This document shows, one piece after another, positions 36,471-44,614 of a stretch of DNA of 62,806 nucleotides. Each line of letters opens with the position of its first letter. The first letter of the stretch is position 1. The notes under the pieces were generated by a model. That model worked only from the letters and a program-made list of their open reading frames with translations, was not told where the DNA came from and ran no database searches. This DNA comes from Planctomycetota bacterium (GTDB lineage: Bacteria; Planctomycetota; Phycisphaerae; SM23-33). The position numbers were made by a program, and so were the translations under genes. The stretch covers positions 1-62,806 of the forward strand of contig JAAYCO010000229.1 of assembly GCA_012729725.1 (NCBI GenBank), read 5' to 3'.

Positions 36471-36809
36471 ATGTTCGAAATGCTTGCGACAAGTTTCTAC
36501 GCGGAGTTGCTTGAGAACGGCATGCTGCTGTGTTTCGGCGCTTCTTGGCCCGCCTCGGTGTACAAAACCTGGCGCACGAAGAAGACCGAGGCAAAGAGCC
36601 TGCTGTTCCTGTGGCTGGTGTTAATCGGCTATTGTTGCGGCACTGCCGCCAAAGTAGCCATTTGCATCGGCGGCGAGTTTCAGCCTGTAATAGTCCTCTA
36701 CATTGTGAACACTGTTCTGGTGGCCGCGGATTTAGGACTGGTCATGTTCTACCGCCGTCGGGCTGGCGTCACGGCCGGAAGTACTGCACCGGCCGAAACT
36801 CGTGCGTGA
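36471..36809 (+). CDS. Small 3-TM membrane protein, SemiSWEET/PQ-loop-like (tentative)
   Basis: 'CFGASWPASVYKTWRTKKTEAKS' parallels the 'F.PQ..K..RTK....IS' motif of bacterial SemiSWEETs, with P-A instead of P-Q. Three hydrophobic helices are present. Confidence 0.5.
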   Translation: MFEMLATSFYAELLENGMLLCFGASWPASVYKTWRTKKTEAKSLLFLWLVLIGYCCGTAAKVAICIGGEFQPVIVLYIVNTVLVAADLGLVMFYRRRAGVTAGSTAPAETRA

Positions 36810-37617
36810 GGCCAAAACTCTCGCACAGGTGGAAGAACTCTTCCAAACCCTCTCGTTGCGCCTCTCCAAACTCGTATTGCATGTGCTTGGCGAGAAAGCG
36901 TTCGGCCAGGTCTTCAGGCCATTCAATGTGAGGCGCGCTGCGATGGGCGATTTGTTGCAGGTGCGCCTGACCTGCCAGCCTGGCGCCTTCCAGTAACGAA
37001 AAGATTGCGGCCATGTCGCCACCCGGAGGCGCCGCCCAGACCGCGAAAACGAAAGGCAGCCCTGTCATGTGGTTCCACAAGGCGCAAAGATCCAGTTGCC
37101 AGTCGAAGCCCAGGGGCGGGCGGGCTACAACTTCATTCTCAATCACTAGCACTCCCTCTTCCTGCATTGCAGAGGGTTCATGCATGTTGCGGTCGTACGG
37201 CGTCACTTCCAGCTTGTGACCAAATTCGCACTCCCATATCACTTGCGCCATGGCCGATGCCGTGCGAGCGTCGGCATCCACCAAAATGGTCCGCAACTGT
37301 TTTGCCGGCACATGCGAGTATATTCTGGCCGCCAGCGACGTGCCGGCGCATGAGAGGCAACCAGCACCCAACACGGTGAGGTACTTTTCCTGCCGCTGCA
37401 GTTCGAAAGACGGAATAAGGGCTGCATCAACCAAGCCGTCGTCGAGCAACGAGCTGACAACATCCGGCGGTCTCAGGTCCAATCCGACGCGCGTGTTGCG
37501 CTGCATGCCATACAACAAGGGCATCGCCGCCAGCGAAGGCGTGGCCGCTATGCTGAAATCAGGCCTGGATTCGTGCTTATCAAAGTCTCTGCTATTGGGC
37601 CATCGGGGCATCATCAA
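36769..37617 (-). CDS. mqnA: Chorismate dehydratase MqnA (futalosine menaquinone pathway)
   Basis: 'PSLAAMPLLYG', 'VDAALIPSFE', 'ILVDADARTASAM' and 'WNHMTGLPFVFAVWAA' match the MqnA/MqnD PBP-like family. Confidence 0.8.
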   Translation of the reverse strand: MMMPRWPNSRDFDKHESRPDFSIAATPSLAAMPLLYGMQRNTRVGLDLRPPDVVSSLLDDGLVDAALIPSFELQRQEKYLTVLGAGCLSCAGTSLAARIYSHVPAKQLRTILVDADARTASAMAQVIWECEFGHKLEVTPYDRNMHEPSAMQEEGVLVIENEVVARPPLGFDWQLDLCALWNHMTGLPFVFAVWAAPPGGDMAAIFSLLEGARLAGQAHLQQIAHRSAPHIEWPEDLAERFLAKHMQYEFGEAQREGLEEFFHLCESFGLTHEFRPVQYFRP

Positions 37618-37785
37618 AACCTCTTAATGAGCCATAAGGTCGTTCCCTATAAGATTGTACGCAGGCACAGAAGGCGAATATCGGGTGATTGTGGATTTAT
37701 TGTTATCAACTTCGTCGGCCCACCACATATGGCCCAAGATCTAGATAGACCACAACATGTGGCGGCGTCCCCGTTGCTGAATTGG

Positions 37786-37814
37786 AAAAAACCGAATGAG
37801 ATCTTCACTCATTC
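37786..37814 (-). terminator. Rho-independent terminator downstream of trpD
   Basis: The minus strand reads GAATGAG-TGAAGAT-CTCATTC followed by CGG TTTTTT. It begins 36 nt after the trpD stop. Confidence 0.6.
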
Positions 37815-37849
37815 CAAGCGGACTTGGGCTCACTGGAAAAGAGGAATCC

Positions 37850-38875
37850 TCAGGCTGGTTGGTTTGACACTGCTACCAGCCGCTCAAGCGCCCTCAGTGC
37901 CGCGCCAGTGTCGATGGATTCACGAGCCGCCTGCAGGCATTCTTCGAGTGATTTCTCGCCCGCCACCGCGAGTGCGGCGGCTGCGTTAAGCAGTACTATG
38001 TCCCTCTGCGGTCCCGGGGCGCCCGAAAGAACCTTGCGAATTACATTGGCGGAGTCCTGCGCATCCTTAACCAACAAATCGTCAATACGCGCACGACGGA
38101 GCCCGAAATCCTCAGGTTTCACCATCCGGGTTGTCACTTTGCCTTGTCGCCATTCGGAAACTTTTGTATCGCTGGCGGTTGAAATTTCGTCGAGACCATC
38201 TTCAGCATGCACAACCGTTGCTCGAATTGAACCCAAGGCCCCCAGCACCGAGGCAATGGTCTCGGTAAGGTTGGGATCAAATACGCCCATGAGCTGTCGT
38301 CTGGCGCAGGCAGGGTTGGTCAGCGGCCCAAGGATGTTGAATAATGTTCGTACGCCCAACGCTTTTCGCACAGGCGCGGCATACTTCATCGCCGGATGGC
38401 AGCGGATGGCGAAACAGAAGCATACCCCGGCCTCTCGCAGGCATTTTTCGGCGACGGGAGTCTCAGCGTTGATGTTGACCCCAAGAGCGGCAAGCACATC
38501 CGCCGAGCCGCTGGCCCTGGTGGCGGTGCGATTACCGTGCTTCGCCACTGTAACGCCCGCCCCGGCGGCGACCAGCGCAGCCGCGGTCGAAATGTTGAAG
38601 CTGTTTACTCCGCTGCCGCCCGTACCGCAGGTGTCAATAACGTCCTTGCCGCCATTGTCGATGCGGACAACATGTTCTCTCATGGCTTCGGCCGCCCCGG
38701 CGATTTCATCCACACTATGGCTCTTCATCGCCAAAGCCACAAGCAGGCCGGCAATTTGAGAGTCGGGCCAAAGACCCTGCATGATCTGCCCAAAAGCCCA
38801 GTGAGTTTGAGAACGGCTGAGGTTATTGCCGCTGATGGCGATGCGCAAGAGCTGGCTGTAGGAGCAGTTATCCAT
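37850..38875 (-). CDS. trpD: Anthranilate phosphoribosyltransferase
   Basis: 'DTCGTGGSGVNSFNISTAAALVAAGAGVTVAKHGNR' and 'NILGPLTNP'. Confidence 0.95.
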   Translation of the reverse strand: MDNCSYSQLLRIAISGNNLSRSQTHWAFGQIMQGLWPDSQIAGLLVALAMKSHSVDEIAGAAEAMREHVVRIDNGGKDVIDTCGTGGSGVNSFNISTAAALVAAGAGVTVAKHGNRTATRASGSADVLAALGVNINAETPVAEKCLREAGVCFCFAIRCHPAMKYAAPVRKALGVRTLFNILGPLTNPACARRQLMGVFDPNLTETIASVLGALGSIRATVVHAEDGLDEISTASDTKVSEWRQGKVTTRMVKPEDFGLRRARIDDLLVKDAQDSANVIRKVLSGAPGPQRDIVLLNAAAALAVAGEKSLEECLQAARESIDTGAALRALERLVAVSNQPA

Positions 38876-39003
38876 AAGAGACCTCGCAGAAAGCGATTAT
38901 AGCCGGCGGCGCCCTTGCGGCAAACAATTCCTCTTCAGTAAGGCGCGAGTGCTGCTAAAGGTCGCCGTGTGCCTATTCGATACAAGTGCTTGAGGAGCAT
39001 TGT

Positions 39004-39918
39004 ATGATCAACGCAGCAGTTAAAGAAATGCATACTGATTTGGCCTTTCATGAAGGGTTGCTGGAAAACCTTTTTAACGCTGTAATGTTTTCAACCCGCA
39101 ACCGCCAGATCACCTTCTGGAACAAGGCTGCCGAAGAGCTGACGGGCTACACCCGGGCTCAGATGCTCGGCAAAAGCTGCTGCGAGGAGACTCTGCTGCA
39201 CTTCGACAAGGACGGCTCGGAAGTCTGCAGTGGATGGTATCTGGCGGCCCAGACGCTTGAAGACGGGTTGATCCGCGAGGCGGAGGTTTACGTTCGACAC
39301 AGGCAAGGCTTCCTTATTCCGGTGCGGGTGCGAGTAGCGCCGGTGATGGATCGTTCCGGCAGTATAGCCGGGGTGGTTGAGATTCTGGATCAGACGTCCG
39401 CGCCGTCAAGCGAGCCTCAGGCGGCCGTCCAGCCTGCGTACATCGACGCGCTTACCGGCCTTGCCACAAGAAAGTATCTCGAAATGCGCCTGCACTCGCG
39501 CCACGAAGAGCTCAACCGTTTTGGCTGGAGCTTCGGCGTGATCCGCTGCGGCGTGGACGGATACGCCAAGATTCTCCGGCAATGGGGACCCAGCCTTGCC
39601 GATCGCATGACTGTTGCGGCGGGAAAGACCCTGGCGAACTGTCTGCGAAGCTTCGATGTTGTCGGAGTTTGGGAACCCGGAGAGTTCCTGGCGATTGTGC
39701 CGGTGCTAAGCGCCGGCGATCTCTATGCCGTCGCCGAAAGAGTGCGCGGACTGCTTAAGGGTTGCTGCGTGCAGGCCCCCCAGGGCGCGATTTCATGCGA
39801 GGTTTCCGTCGGCGCGGCGGTTGCGGATGTTCGGGACGATGCCGAGAAGGTTGTGTTCCGGGCCACAATCATGATGAACAAAAGCCGCAAGTCCGGCGGT
39901 GATAAGGTGAGCTTGTAG
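39004..39918 (+). CDS. PAS-domain protein with a degenerate GGDEF domain
   Basis: PAS segment: 'FWNKAAEELTGYTRAQMLGKSC'. The GGDEF fold opens with 'DALTGLATRKYLEMRL', but the active-site positions read 'GVDGYAK' and 'WEPGEF' instead of D-x-D-x-FK and GG(D/E)EF. An alternative start is GTG 38986. Confidence 0.75.
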   Translation: MINAAVKEMHTDLAFHEGLLENLFNAVMFSTRNRQITFWNKAAEELTGYTRAQMLGKSCCEETLLHFDKDGSEVCSGWYLAAQTLEDGLIREAEVYVRHRQGFLIPVRVRVAPVMDRSGSIAGVVEILDQTSAPSSEPQAAVQPAYIDALTGLATRKYLEMRLHSRHEELNRFGWSFGVIRCGVDGYAKILRQWGPSLADRMTVAAGKTLANCLRSFDVVGVWEPGEFLAIVPVLSAGDLYAVAERVRGLLKGCCVQAPQGAISCEVSVGAAVADVRDDAEKVVFRATIMMNKSRKSGGDKVSL

Positions 39919-39922
39919 ACTG

Positions 39923-40360
39923 CTACGGTTGGGCATGGGCCCAGGGCGCCAGTTCAGGCGTGCGTCGCATGGTCTGCGCGCTGAACCGCCACAGGCCGTG
40001 AATGTTGCAGTAGCACCTTCCTGCTGAAATATCCGCAGCGGCGATCTGGAAAGAGGCTTTGGCTTCCTGGGGCGGCGTGATGTACTGTCGCAAGCACTTC
40101 CCATCCGCCAGGACTTCTATCCATGCGATATAGTGCTTTTCGCTGTTCTCATGCCCGTTGATTCCAACTCGTAGCGTTGTCTGCCCATCATGTTCATCCA
40201 TCAGCAGGATGTGCTTTTCACGCTGCGGAGAGCCTGCATGTCCGGTGACGTCCTCCATCTGGCGGCCGCAGCAGATCAATTCCGGCCCGCATGGGTCAAG
40301 CACCTCCACAACCGTGTCGCACAGGCTGCACTTGCAAATGCGTCGTTCTTCGTTGTGCAT
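39923..40360 (-). CDS. dfx: Desulfoferrodoxin (2Fe superoxide reductase)
   Basis: The N-terminal desulforedoxin site is 'CKCSLCDTVVEV..CCG'. The SOR centre has 'EKHI', 'H..H' and 'CYCNIHGLW'. I chose ATG 40360 with AAAGGA SD. Confidence 0.9.
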   Translation of the reverse strand: MHNEERRICKCSLCDTVVEVLDPCGPELICCGRQMEDVTGHAGSPQREKHILLMDEHDGQTTLRVGINGHENSEKHYIAWIEVLADGKCLRQYITPPQEAKASFQIAAADISAGRCYCNIHGLWRFSAQTMRRTPELAPWAHAQP

Positions 40361-40442
40361 GGGGCATCCTTTAGCCGAGGCGCGTATGGCAGGCGATACA
40401 GGGCTGATAATCTGCTTGAGCGTTATCGTGAGCGACTGCGTT

Positions 40443-40718
40443 TCAACTGCAGCAGGCCAGCGAGTTGTCGGTGCCAAAAGGATTGTCCACCCGCTCGTGG
40501 TGGTCTGGGTCCGCTGTCCATTGGCCGTCGACAATGAATTTGTACTGATAGGATCCGGCTTTCAGATTGACGCTGCACGCGTAAGAGCCATCTTTCTGCC
40601 TGCGCATCGCAACAGGCTGCCACAGTGAAAACTCACCGGCCAGCATGACCTGCTTTGGTTTTCTGGCGGGCTTGTAATTGAACCTCCAAAAGCCTTTTCG
40701 TTGCGCTTTCTTATACAT
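40443..40718 (-). CDS. Standalone CBM48 / AMPK-beta glycogen-binding-like domain protein
   Basis: 'VMLAGEFSLWQPVAMRRQKDGSYACSVNLKAGSYQYKFIVDGQWTADPD' follows the E-set/CBM48 pattern (G.F..W....M....G.....L..G.Y.YKF.VDG.W..DP). Confidence 0.7.
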   Translation of the reverse strand: MYKKAQRKGFWRFNYKPARKPKQVMLAGEFSLWQPVAMRRQKDGSYACSVNLKAGSYQYKFIVDGQWTADPDHHERVDNPFGTDNSLACCS

Positions 40719-40774
40719 CAAGATTGCCCTTTCATGCTTTGCGTACCTCCATCGTGCCTGGTCAGGACCATATT

Positions 40775-40792
40775 ACGCGTTGCGCAACGCGT
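40775..40792. promoter_or_regulatory. Perfect 18-bp palindrome, candidate operator upstream of the CBM48-dfx pair
   Basis: ACGCGTTGCGCAACGCGT. On the minus strand it runs straight into a TAATAT -10-like hexamer, about 55 nt upstream of the ATG at 40718. Confidence 0.4.
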
Positions 40793-41189
40793 TCCCACAC
40801 GCTCAATGGAAGCTCGCCCGTTTTTCAGAGAATGCACGAGGTGCGGCTAGGGGAATTCACTCATCATGACGGGGCCTTGAGCCGCCACGAAACGCGAGGC
40901 GCTGCTGGTTTTCGCCATGACGAGGAGTCATTGCACGCCCTGATAATTATCCGCACCAGCCGGCCCGCCCTGTCAAAAACGCGCAAGCAAAGGGGCTCGT
41001 TGGACCGGACGTTCTTTTCGGCACTGCCTGAAGCAGACATTGTCTTTCTCCCTCGGCTGCACATACAATTCTTGGCCTGCCCAACAGCATTCTCAAATTC
41101 GGTATGACTTTTGGCGGCAGACCATCATATTCCTCCACGGACGCGGAATCGCGCTTTGTTGAAAAAGCTTGTCGCTGTAGACTTTGGAC

Positions 41190-41963
41190 ATGCGAATTCT
41201 TGTAAGCAATGATGACGGTATTACGCATCCCGGCATAGCGGCGCTGAGAAGCGCCGTTCTGAAGTTCGGTGAAACATTTGTTGTGGCGCCCAGTTCGCCA
41301 CAATCCGCCAGCGGCCACGGAATAACGGTGCATGGGCCGTTAATGGTTCGAAGAATGCAGGTGCGGGATGAGTTCTCCGGCATAAGCGTTGAAGGCAGGC
41401 CGGCGGATTGCGTGCGTCTTGCGGTGCGGAAACTTCTGGATGATCCGCCTGATCTGGTGGTCAGCGGCATAAATGACGGCGCGAACGTCGGTATCAACGT
41501 GTTCTATTCGGGAACCGTGGCTGCCGCGGCGGAAGCGGCCATGCTGGGAATTCCGGCGGTGGCGTTCTCGCTGAGCATGGCGGGGTCAAACGATGATTAC
41601 CTTCAAGCCGCCGATCTGTGCCAACTGGTGCTGGAAAACCTCATCAAAGACGGCCTGGGCAAAGGCGACTTGCTCAACGTCAACATACCTCCCATTGCAA
41701 AGGGAAAACCAAAAGGACTGCTGGTTGTTCCACAATCAACCGCCGGCATAACCGATGCGTACCTTGGAGCCGTGGACGCCAATGGCATGGAACAGTACCG
41801 GCTTGGCGGCGAATACACATTTCACTTCCAGGATGACAGCGACGTACTGGGCCTTGCCGAGGGTTACATCACAGTTACCCCGCTTCATATAGACATGACA
41901 AACCATGACAGGCTGATAGCCTTGCGCCTTAAGAAGTGGGATTACCCCGGTGAGACGGTGTAA
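41190..41963 (+). CDS. surE: 5'/3'-nucleotidase SurE
   Basis: 'MRILVSNDDGITHPGIAAL', 'VVSGINDGANVG' and 'YSGTVAAAAEA'. Confidence 0.9.
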   Translation: MRILVSNDDGITHPGIAALRSAVLKFGETFVVAPSSPQSASGHGITVHGPLMVRRMQVRDEFSGISVEGRPADCVRLAVRKLLDDPPDLVVSGINDGANVGINVFYSGTVAAAAEAAMLGIPAVAFSLSMAGSNDDYLQAADLCQLVLENLIKDGLGKGDLLNVNIPPIAKGKPKGLLVVPQSTAGITDAYLGAVDANGMEQYRLGGEYTFHFQDDSDVLGLAEGYITVTPLHIDMTNHDRLIALRLKKWDYPGETV

Positions 41964-42031
41964 AAGCAGTGGGCGATTGACTTTGCGACGAAGCCTTTCT
42001 AGGCTCAACCGCCGAAGGTCGAGGCCTGGCT

Positions 42032-43108
42032 ATGAATGATGAACGTCTCAGCGCGGCGGTTGTCGGGGCAGGAGACCTCGGTCGTCTGGTTATGGGCGTT
42101 CTTGCCCAATCGCCCAAGGCGGTCCTGGCGGGCATTTCCGATCGCGACCCGGCCGTGGCTCAACAGGCGGCACAGGGTCTGGGTGTTCCTGCTTTTACGG
42201 ATAATCGCCGCCTGCTGGCGGAGGTTCAGCCCAGAGTTGTCTTTCTCTGCTGCCCCCCGCAAACCTCCGCCGAAATCATCCCGATCTGCGCGGGGCGGGG
42301 CATTCACGTGTGGAAGCGGCTGCCTCTTGCCCGCAGCCTCTCGGAAGGCGCTGAGATGGTGCGACTTATGCAACGGGCTGATCTCAAGCTTGTTGTGGGA
42401 ACCCAGCGACGAAGCGCCGGAGGATATCGGACCGCCGCCCGATGGAAGCATCGCCTTGAACAGATCTTCCTGGCCCAGGCTCATTACCTCTATAACTGGG
42501 GTAACACCCTCGGATGGCACGGCGACAAGACGCTCGCGGGCGGAGGCGCGCTGATCGAGATCGGATACCATGCCATCGACCTGCTGGTATGGATACTTGG
42601 CCTGCCGGAAGAGGTGTACGGCGCCAGCTCGTCGGCTGGCAATCTCAGGAAGGCGACCGACGGCAAACGGCATCCGATCTACGACACCGACGACACCGCG
42701 GCCGCGATCCTAAGGTTCCGCACCGGACCAATGGCGACAATCGTGACCACCCGAAGCTCGGGACCGGTCAGCGAAGAACTGCGCCTGCACGGTCAGGGAG
42801 GGTCCATTGCAGCAACCGCCGAATCGTGTTCGCTTCGCGGGCCGGACGGAGAGACGCTTGATCACTTTTCCTCCGAAGGCTCTGCCGCCGAGCCGCTCAG
42901 GAGGCAGATTGACGCCTTTCTTGAGGCGGTAATCACCAAAGCCGAGTGCTACGAATGCTCCGGGTTGGAGAATCTGCTTAACCTGGCGGTAATCGAGGCC
43001 GCCTATCTATGCAATCGCACCAGCCAGCCTGAGCATCCCGCACGCCTTCTGCAAACCCACGGCCTTAACAAAGAACATTGCCTTTCCCTCTGCCCAGCCG
43101 TACTATAG
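42032..43108 (+). CDS. Gfo/Idh/MocA family oxidoreductase
   Basis: 'LSAAVVGAGDLGR', 'VWKRLPLA' (EKP-like position) and a C-terminal alpha/beta domain. Confidence 0.85.
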   Translation: MNDERLSAAVVGAGDLGRLVMGVLAQSPKAVLAGISDRDPAVAQQAAQGLGVPAFTDNRRLLAEVQPRVVFLCCPPQTSAEIIPICAGRGIHVWKRLPLARSLSEGAEMVRLMQRADLKLVVGTQRRSAGGYRTAARWKHRLEQIFLAQAHYLYNWGNTLGWHGDKTLAGGGALIEIGYHAIDLLVWILGLPEEVYGASSSAGNLRKATDGKRHPIYDTDDTAAAILRFRTGPMATIVTTRSSGPVSEELRLHGQGGSIAATAESCSLRGPDGETLDHFSSEGSAAEPLRRQIDAFLEAVITKAECYECSGLENLLNLAVIEAAYLCNRTSQPEHPARLLQTHGLNKEHCLSLCPAVL

Positions 43109-43122
43109 GCAGGCGACGCAGA

Positions 43123-43998
43123 ATGACGAAAGCAGACAAAGAAAACGAACTCACCGATGCCTTGAAGCAGAAGCTCGAACGCTGCAGGGAAATCATCCGC
43201 CGCCGCGGGCCGGCTGTTGTGGCGTTTTCAGGCGGTGTGGACAGTACGCTTCTGTTGACCCTCGCCGCCGCGGCGCTTGGGGCGGATAATGTGCTGGCGG
43301 TGCTGGCGGTTTCGCCGAGCCTTCCGCGAAGAGAACTTGCGGAGGCGCGCGAGATGGCCCGTCATGCGGGCGTCAAGCTGGTTGAAGTGCAAACAGATGA
43401 GATGTCCGATCCTCGCTATGCGGCAAACCCGCCCCAAAGGTGCTACTTCTGCAAGCTTCACATCTTTGGAAGCCTTTGGCGCGTTGCTCGTGACAATGGT
43501 TTCGAAGCCGTGCTTTGTGGGGCGAACGCTGATGATTTGGCGGATTTTCGCCCCGGACTTCAGGCCGGGGAGGAGATGAATATCGCCAACCCGCTGATGG
43601 AATCGGGCTTGACGAAGGCTGATATCCGCATCGCTTCCAGAAGCATGAATCTGCCAACGTGGAACAAGCCGTCCATGGCCTGCCTGGCCAGCAGGGTTCC
43701 ATACGGCCAGCCCATCTCGGCGGAGTTGTTCGAGAGAATCGACCGGGCGGAGAACGTGTTGAGGGATTTAGGTTTTGCCTCTTGTCGCGTTCGATCCCAC
43801 GGCAGCGTGGCAAGAATTGAAGTTGAACCCGATCGCTTCGGCGATCTCATGCATCTAAGAGAGCAGGTTTGCCTGCAATTCAGCACAATCGGTTACACCT
43901 ACATCTGCTTGGATTTGCAGGGGTTGCGCAGTGGTTCGATGAACGATGCCCGCACGCCTGCCTGCAACCCTTCTTGCACGCCCGAAAAGGCAGGCTAG
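43123..43998 (+). CDS. larE: LarE-family PP-loop ATP-dependent sulfur transferase (TIGR00268-like)
   Basis: 'VVAFSGGVDSTLLL' is the PP-loop. 'RCYFCK' and 'PSMACLASRVPYG' (LarE Cys region) are present. I chose ATG 43123. Confidence 0.75.
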   Translation: MTKADKENELTDALKQKLERCREIIRRRGPAVVAFSGGVDSTLLLTLAAAALGADNVLAVLAVSPSLPRRELAEAREMARHAGVKLVEVQTDEMSDPRYAANPPQRCYFCKLHIFGSLWRVARDNGFEAVLCGANADDLADFRPGLQAGEEMNIANPLMESGLTKADIRIASRSMNLPTWNKPSMACLASRVPYGQPISAELFERIDRAENVLRDLGFASCRVRSHGSVARIEVEPDRFGDLMHLREQVCLQFSTIGYTYICLDLQGLRSGSMNDARTPACNPSCTPEKAG

Positions 43999-44047
43999 CA
44001 TTGGAATATTCGCCGTTTTTGCTTGCATTGTTGCATTGTGGTAACTA

Positions 44048-44065
44048 TGTTAGATGAGTCTAACA
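44048..44065. promoter_or_regulatory. Palindrome TGTTAGA-TGAG-TCTAACA, candidate DtxR-family operator
   Basis: 7-bp inverted arms with a TTAG...CTAA core. It lies just downstream of TTGCAT-17-TATGTT hexamers and overlaps the first ATG of the regulator ORF. Confidence 0.4.
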
Positions 44066-44614
44066 AAGGCCTTCAGTATGGCAGGCAGAACTGAAGTTAC
44101 GCTCAGCGGTTCGCAGGAGGACTATCTCGAGGCGATCTTCGAGTTGATCCAGAGCTCCGGCGCCGCCAGAGTGCGTGATATTGCCGAGAGGCTTGGAGTA
44201 GCCAAGTCCTCGGTGACTGTTGCTTTGCGCGCACTTTCGCGAAGCAAGCTGGTCAACTACAAGCCCTACCAGTTGGTGACGCTGAGCCCCACCGGCTCGC
44301 AGGCCGCCAAGCGAATTATGCGCAGACATCGCTCGCTCAGGGAGTTCTTCGTCAATGTGTTAGGCGTCGACGAGACGGTTGCCGACGCAAATGCATGCCG
44401 CATCGAACATGCCGTCGGCGACGGTGTGATGCGGCGGCTGGCTTGTTTTGTTGAGTTTCTGGCTGCAAGCACGATACCCGCAAGGGATGTGCCGCTGGCA
44501 TTCGCCGCAAAATGCGGTCAAGGCGGCTCGAACAGCGCTTGCGCCAAATGCAAAGTTGCCCGCGCTGATGCAAAGGCAGGAGATGAACACAAAAATGGAC
44601 AGGACGCTGGCTGA
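44054..44614 (+). CDS. DtxR/IdeR/MntR-family metal-dependent transcriptional regulator
   Basis: 'EDYLEAIFEL', 'ARVRDIAERLGVAKSSVTVALRAL' and 'RRHRSLREFF..LGVDE..A...ACRIEHAV'. The true start may be ATG 44078. Confidence 0.85.
   Translation: MSLTKAFSMAGRTEVTLSGSQEDYLEAIFELIQSSGAARVRDIAERLGVAKSSVTVALRALSRSKLVNYKPYQLVTLSPTGSQAAKRIMRRHRSLREFFVNVLGVDETVADANACRIEHAVGDGVMRRLACFVEFLAASTIPARDVPLAFAAKCGQGGSNSACAKCKVARADAKAGDEHKNGQDAG

Noticed and set aside
40724-41333. ORFs 40724..41107(+) and 40947..41333(-) in the gap between the CBM48-like gene and surE.
   Set aside because: The two overlap each other, have no SD or family motifs, and the second overlaps the surE start. The region more likely holds the two divergent promoters.
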